Below, one piece after another: positions 5,497-8,341 of a stretch of DNA of 8,341 bases (position 1 is the first letter of the stretch; every line of letters begins with the position of its first letter). The notes beneath the pieces were generated by a model that worked only from the letters and a program-made list of their open reading frames with translations, had not been told where the DNA came from and searched no databases. Source of the stretch: a virus (lineage: Duplodnaviria; Heunggongvirae; Uroviricota; Caudoviricetes); the IMG/VR virus record IMGVR_UViG_2681813265_000006; one strand, given 5' to 3'. The position numbers and the translations under genes were made by a program.

Positions 5497-6555
5497 TTAT
5501 GCTTTCCACTTCAGAACACCCGAATTTCTCGCGTGCATTAAAAAACGAATCAGCAACAACAGCTGACTGCCGTGTTTCTCTTCAAAATCTTTTACTCCGG
5601 CATGTAGTTCGTTACGGCATTTACGGCATAACGGAATAACAAACAAATCATCAGCCTTTGTTCCCATCCCTCCCAGTCCATGACCAATGATGTGATGCGG
5701 ATCATCTGCCTGATTGCCACACGTCATGCATTTCTGCGTTTTTACCCAGCGCGTGTATACAGGCATCTCTTCCCGTTGTGATTTCTGGCGCTGGAGATAC
5801 TGAGCCGGTGACTCCGGATCAACGGCAATGCTGACCACCGTCTTTTCCTGTGGTGGGTTCTGTTGCTGGTGGACGTGAGGCAGTAACGCAATATTTTTTG
5901 TGCGCTGCTTCAGTATGCTGGTGGCTGTCTGCTCTCCCGGTATGATGTCGCTTTCACTGTACACAGAGCGAATTTTTTCCGCACGCAACCCCAGCGAACG
6001 ACGTAATACCGCTTCCGGTAGCGCGTCCGCCACCTGATTGCGGACCGCCCACCAGGATAATTCAGCCAGAGATAATTCACGCTCCTGCGTACCGCTTATT
6101 GCGTGACCGATGACGTCAATCATCCATGCTGACAGGTTTTGATGAGCAAGTTGCTCGAGTGATTCGGATGTCTGGTCACGCAGCTGGTTGTCGCAGTGCC
6201 AGCACAACACCATTGCGCCGGTACCATAACGGTGAATGACGGTTTCGCTGTGATGATAATCGCCGTGTGGCCACTGGCAGGATTTAATATGGCGCAACAG
6301 CCAGTCAGACAATGCACCAGCACCACCAGCAGCACGAATCACCCGTGCGTTACTGAAAAACGGCAGCAATGTTTTGTCTTCCACCAGCGGCTGGCGAGCG
6401 GCAGGAACGACCCCGGACGGCAGATTACGCATGCTTTTTGGTTCCGGCTCCACCAGTATTCTGCCGTTATGGAATGCTGACATTGATTCACGGCCTGGCT
6501 TAACGATAACCAGACCGAGTTCCGGTACCAGAACAGGTCGAAGTAATACCCGCAC
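5497..6555 (-). CDS. Prophage nin-region protein, YdfU-like (DUF968) with a C-terminal Cys/His-rich HNH-like motif
   Basis: Synteny hokD-rem-(this ORF)-Q as in the Qin prophage. C-terminal CMTCGNQADDPHH...CRKCRNELH resembles NinG/HNH zinc motifs. The start is ambiguous: GTG 6555 has GGAGG 4 nt upstream; the alternative ATG at 6483 gives 328 aa. Confidence 0.55.
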   Translation of the reverse strand: MRVLLRPVLVPELGLVIVKPGRESMSAFHNGRILVEPEPKSMRNLPSGVVPAARQPLVEDKTLLPFFSNARVIRAAGGAGALSDWLLRHIKSCQWPHGDYHHSETVIHRYGTGAMVLCWHCDNQLRDQTSESLEQLAHQNLSAWMIDVIGHAISGTQERELSLAELSWWAVRNQVADALPEAVLRRSLGLRAEKIRSVYSESDIIPGEQTATSILKQRTKNIALLPHVHQQQNPPQEKTVVSIAVDPESPAQYLQRQKSQREEMPVYTRWVKTQKCMTCGNQADDPHHIIGHGLGGMGTKADDLFVIPLCRKCRNELHAGVKDFEEKHGSQLLLLIRFLMHARNSGVLKWKA

Positions 6556-6630
6556 ATTACCTCCAGATCCGTTGCTGGAATGTGCGGGACGGACGCGTTG
6601 GCCGTTCGGAGTAAGGGAGCCTGACGGAGA

Positions 6631-6912
6631 TTATCCAGTGACGGTAGTCGAGGCTAAGGGCTTTTTTAACCTCGCATCCGCGCCTGCGGTAACACTGAAT
6701 GAGCCATTCGGCCTGTTCTTCAGTGCATGGGGGATGCTGGTACCAATCAGATTTAAATGCGTGAGAGCGCCGCCCGTGCCTGCTGGCAAAGACGGCTGAA
6801 TTATCAGAATTGTGTAGTCTGGAAGGCAGTGGCTGACAATAGCGCCATTCTCAACGCGCACAGTATAGAGGCCATCTTCACTAAAAATTTCACGTAATTC
6901 TTCGATTTTCAT
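6631..6912 (-). CDS. Rem-like small ORF (93 aa) at the position of Qin rem
   Basis: ATG at 6912 preceded by GGAAGGA with an 8-nt spacer. The N-terminal 25 residues look protein-like; the remainder is low-complexity and overlaps a long stop-free alternative frame (see findings). Confidence 0.4.
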   Translation of the reverse strand: MKIEELREIFSEDGLYTVRVENGAIVSHCLPDYTILIIQPSLPAGTGGALTHLNLIGTSIPHALKNRPNGSFSVTAGADARLKKPLASTTVTG

Positions 6913-7033
6913 CAACAGAATCCTTCCAGATAAATAGCACTCCCCTGTTCGGGGTCCATCCCTCTTCTCCCTGCGCGCTACTTAAGTATTTTTGATTCTA
7001 TTCCGGCACCATCTAAAACTTCAAACGCGTTGA

Positions 7034-7064
7034 AAATAAAAACAAAAACCCGCCGAAGCGGGTT
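7034..7064 (-). terminator. Rho-independent terminator of the hok transcript
   Basis: Minus-strand AACCCGC-UUCG-GCGGGUU followed by UUUUGUUUUUAUUUU. A GAAA-tetraloop stem-loop (plus coordinates 7104..7125) lies just after the hok stop. Confidence 0.75.
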
Positions 7065-7132
7065 AAGTGTGGGTGCATTGAGGATGCCTGACCCATCAGA
7101 GGTGGCGAGGGATTTCTCCCCCGCCTGGTCTC

Positions 7133-7288
7133 TTACTCCTCAGGTTCGTAAGCTGTGAAGACAGCGACCTCCGTCTGGCCGGTTCGAATTCGTACCTCGC
7201 AGAGGTCTTTCCTCGTTACCAGTGCCGTCACTATGACGGTTAAACAGATGACGATCAGGGCGATTAACATCGCCTTTTGCTGCTTCAT
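7133..7288 (-). CDS. hokD: Hok-family type I toxin, HokD/RelF-like (51 aa)
   Basis: Translation MKQQKAMLIALIVICLTVIVTALVTRKDLCEVRIRTGQTEVAVFTAYEPEE matches HokD as I remember it. SD AAGGAG lies 9 nt upstream. The ORF-track version (7133..7345) adds an in-frame 19-codon extension. Confidence 0.85.
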   Translation of the reverse strand: MKQQKAMLIALIVICLTVIVTALVTRKDLCEVRIRTGQTEVAVFTAYEPEE

Positions 7289-7499
7289 AGCCTGCTTCTC
7301 CTTGCCTTTCGGCACGTAAGAGGCTAACCTAGATTTGCCGTTCATAGATTGAGCCTCAGATTAATGTTAAGCGTCTTGCCGGACGCGTAATGTTAACTGG
7401 GGCTTTTCTCTATCTGCCTTTTGGTGTTCATGCCTGAGACAGATAGCCTCAAGCACCCGCTGCAATTCTACTTAACTCTCCTTTTCCCGCAAACCGTTT

Positions 7500-7583
7500 T
7501 TATCCCCAGCGGCAAATCGAATACACCACCAGCGCCACCGCCATCGCAATTCCTACCGTTGTTAATGCTTCAGGCCAGGTCAT
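7500..7583 (-). CDS. 27-aa hydrophobic peptide ([27 protein letters not shown]), translationally coupled to gene C
   Basis: Its ATG overlaps the gene C stop (ATGA). A single predicted transmembrane helix. Below the ORF-track size cutoff, found by manual translation. Confidence 0.4.
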   Translation of the reverse strand: MTWPEALTTVGIAMAVALVVYSICRWG

Positions 7584-7924
7584 CGTAAAATATCCTCCAC
7601 GCTTATCAGTCCGTTCCGCTCCAGATAACTCATCGCCTTATCCGGTAATTTGCAGTCTGGCTTCGCTTTCCTCAGTTGCCAGGTTAACTGCTTTACCAGC
7701 ATGGTTAACTCATCGACCAGACGCTGATATCCCACTGGTTTGTATTCATGCAATTTACCGGCTGGCTCTGCTGCCAGCGATACCAGTGCGATTTCCAGAA
7801 CAGCAATATCCATCTTATATGTGCGGATGATGTCATGGTCGATTGTGCCCGGTATGCACAGTCTCTGTGCTTCAATAGTCTCCTCTGCGTGAGCTATTAA
7901 CTGCTCTCTGGTAAAAGTCGTCAT
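7580..7924 (-). CDS. Hypothetical nin-region protein C (114 aa), paralogous to gene B
   Basis: Its ATG overlaps the gene B stop (ATGA). Shares MTTxTxE at the N-terminus and an A(L)xSLxAEP motif with gene B. Confidence 0.6.
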   Translation of the reverse strand: MTTFTREQLIAHAEETIEAQRLCIPGTIDHDIIRTYKMDIAVLEIALVSLAAEPAGKLHEYKPVGYQRLVDELTMLVKQLTWQLRKAKPDCKLPDKAMSYLERNGLISVEDILR

Positions 7925-8088
7925 GCCGTAGCCCCTTCTTGATATTTTTCAAACCAGAACACAACCGGCTCTGCTTCCAGCGATGCCAGCGCAATCCGTG
8001 CCAGTTCCATTTGTTCACCACGGGTAAGCCCGTTTTCAAGCGGGTTTTTAATGAACAATTCAATACGTTCTTTGGTAATAGTGGTCAT
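7921..8088 (-). CDS. Hypothetical nin-region protein B (55 aa), short paralog of gene C
   Basis: ATG at 8088 preceded by AAGGAG (6-nt spacer), which overlaps the gene A stop. Translation [55 protein letters not shown]. Missed by the ORF track because it is under 60 aa; the track's 7872..8063 ORF is the wrong frame. Confidence 0.55.
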   Translation of the reverse strand: MTTITKERIELFIKNPLENGLTRGEQMELARIALASLEAEPVVFWFEKYQEGATA

Positions 8089-8098
8089 GTGTTACTCC

Positions 8099-8329
8099 TT
8101 AACCCGCAGTGCTTTCAACTGATGAGGGGAACAAAATCTTTTCATCAAACCCTGCATTCATATCATGAACAGCAACACACCAATCCATCGACGAACGATT
8201 ATCAAGAGCCTCCATGATTTCATCCATGCGGCGTAGGTCATACAGGTAAATGCTTTTATCGCCAATGGTGTAAAAGCCAATTTTTTTCGGTGATGGATGA
8301 GGTGTACTGGCAATAGCGGACACTACCAT
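8099..8329 (-). CDS. Hypothetical protein A (at least 76 aa), first gene of the coupled A-B-C-D operon; its start lies within IR-R
   Basis: The ORF reads from the ATG at 8329. There is no in-frame stop in the 4 codons upstream before the window edge, so the true start may lie outside the window. No family recognised. Confidence 0.45.
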   Translation of the reverse strand: MVVSAIASTPHPSPKKIGFYTIGDKSIYLYDLRRMDEIMEALDNRSSMDWCVAVHDMNAGFDEKILFPSSVESTAG

Positions 8330-8334
8330 TTGTT
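8298..8334. repeat. IR-R: right arm of the 37-bp perfect inverted repeat
   Basis: Exact reverse complement of 1..37; contains the ATG (8327..8329, minus strand) of CDS 8099..8329. Confidence 0.9.
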
Positions 8335-8341
8335 CTTTTTT

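Noticed and set aside
5050-5639. Track ORFs 5050..5232, 5201..5395, 5409..5639 (+) and 5297..5509 (-)
   Set aside because: Overlap rusA and the Q / ydfU ends on the wrong strand or frame.
6120-6557. Track ORFs 6120..6335 (-), 6196..6480 (+), 6339..6557 (-)
   Set aside because: Alternative frames within the ydfU-like gene; translations are Trp/Cys-rich and not protein-like. The 6557 ATG has only a 2-nt spacing from GGAGG.
6374-6799. 141-aa plus-strand ORF
   Set aside because: Antisense to the rem-like / ydfU-like junction; GC-rich shadow ORF with no SD.
7133-7345. 70-aa version of hok with an N-terminal extension (MNGKSRLASYVPKGKEKQA-)
   Set aside because: Hok proteins are about 50 aa and start at MKQQKAM (7288), which has its own SD. 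The extension is an ORF-finder consequence of an in-frame upstream ATG, and a mok-like frame would normally be out of frame.
7289-7499. Sok-like antisense RNA gene opposite the hok leader
   Set aside because: No plus-strand -35/-10 pair with acceptable spacing was found; left as an open question rather than a feature.
7872-8063. 63-aa minus-strand track ORF
   Set aside because: Wrong frame across genes B and C. The real gene B (7921..8088) is in another frame with a strong SD and an ATGA junction to gene C.
1-8341. Interpretation of the terminal inverted repeats as transposon TIRs, and a search for stx, lysis genes, integrase, IS elements and CRISPR
   Set aside because: The content between the IRs is phage regulatory and nin-region genes with no transposase. 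No Stx A/B signal peptides, holin or endolysin, integrase, or repeat-spacer arrays are present in any frame.

Overview
This window is the late-control region of a lambdoid (Qin-like / Stx-phage-like) prophage from an E. coli-type genome, with nearly all genes on the minus strand. Reading right to left: four small nin-region genes (A-D), hokD, a rem-like ORF, a ydfU-like 352-aa ORF, rusA, the Q antiterminator, the late promoter PR' with its pause element and terminator tR', a small HTH ORF, an orphan beta-class N6-adenine DNA methyltransferase, and a tRNA cluster ileZ-argN-argO. No stx, lysis, integrase or CRISPR is present. All calls are made by eye from the sequence and from memory of the protein families; no searches were run. 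The Q-distal module (PR'-tR'-tRNA promoter-tRNAs-R2 repeat) occurs as two diverged tandem copies. Comparing them delimits two cargo insertions: the HTH + methylase cassette (about 2665..4191), and a 650-bp block (1023..1671) carrying an unrecognised 108-aa ORF plus a 28-aa hydrophobic peptide at the position stx occupies in Stx phages. Other candidates for something undescribed are an AT-rich island (about 170..790) with an opposite-strand Cys-rich 111-aa ORF, and the translationally coupled A-B-C-D operon sitting where Qin carries relBE. The window termini are a perfect 37-bp inverted repeat.
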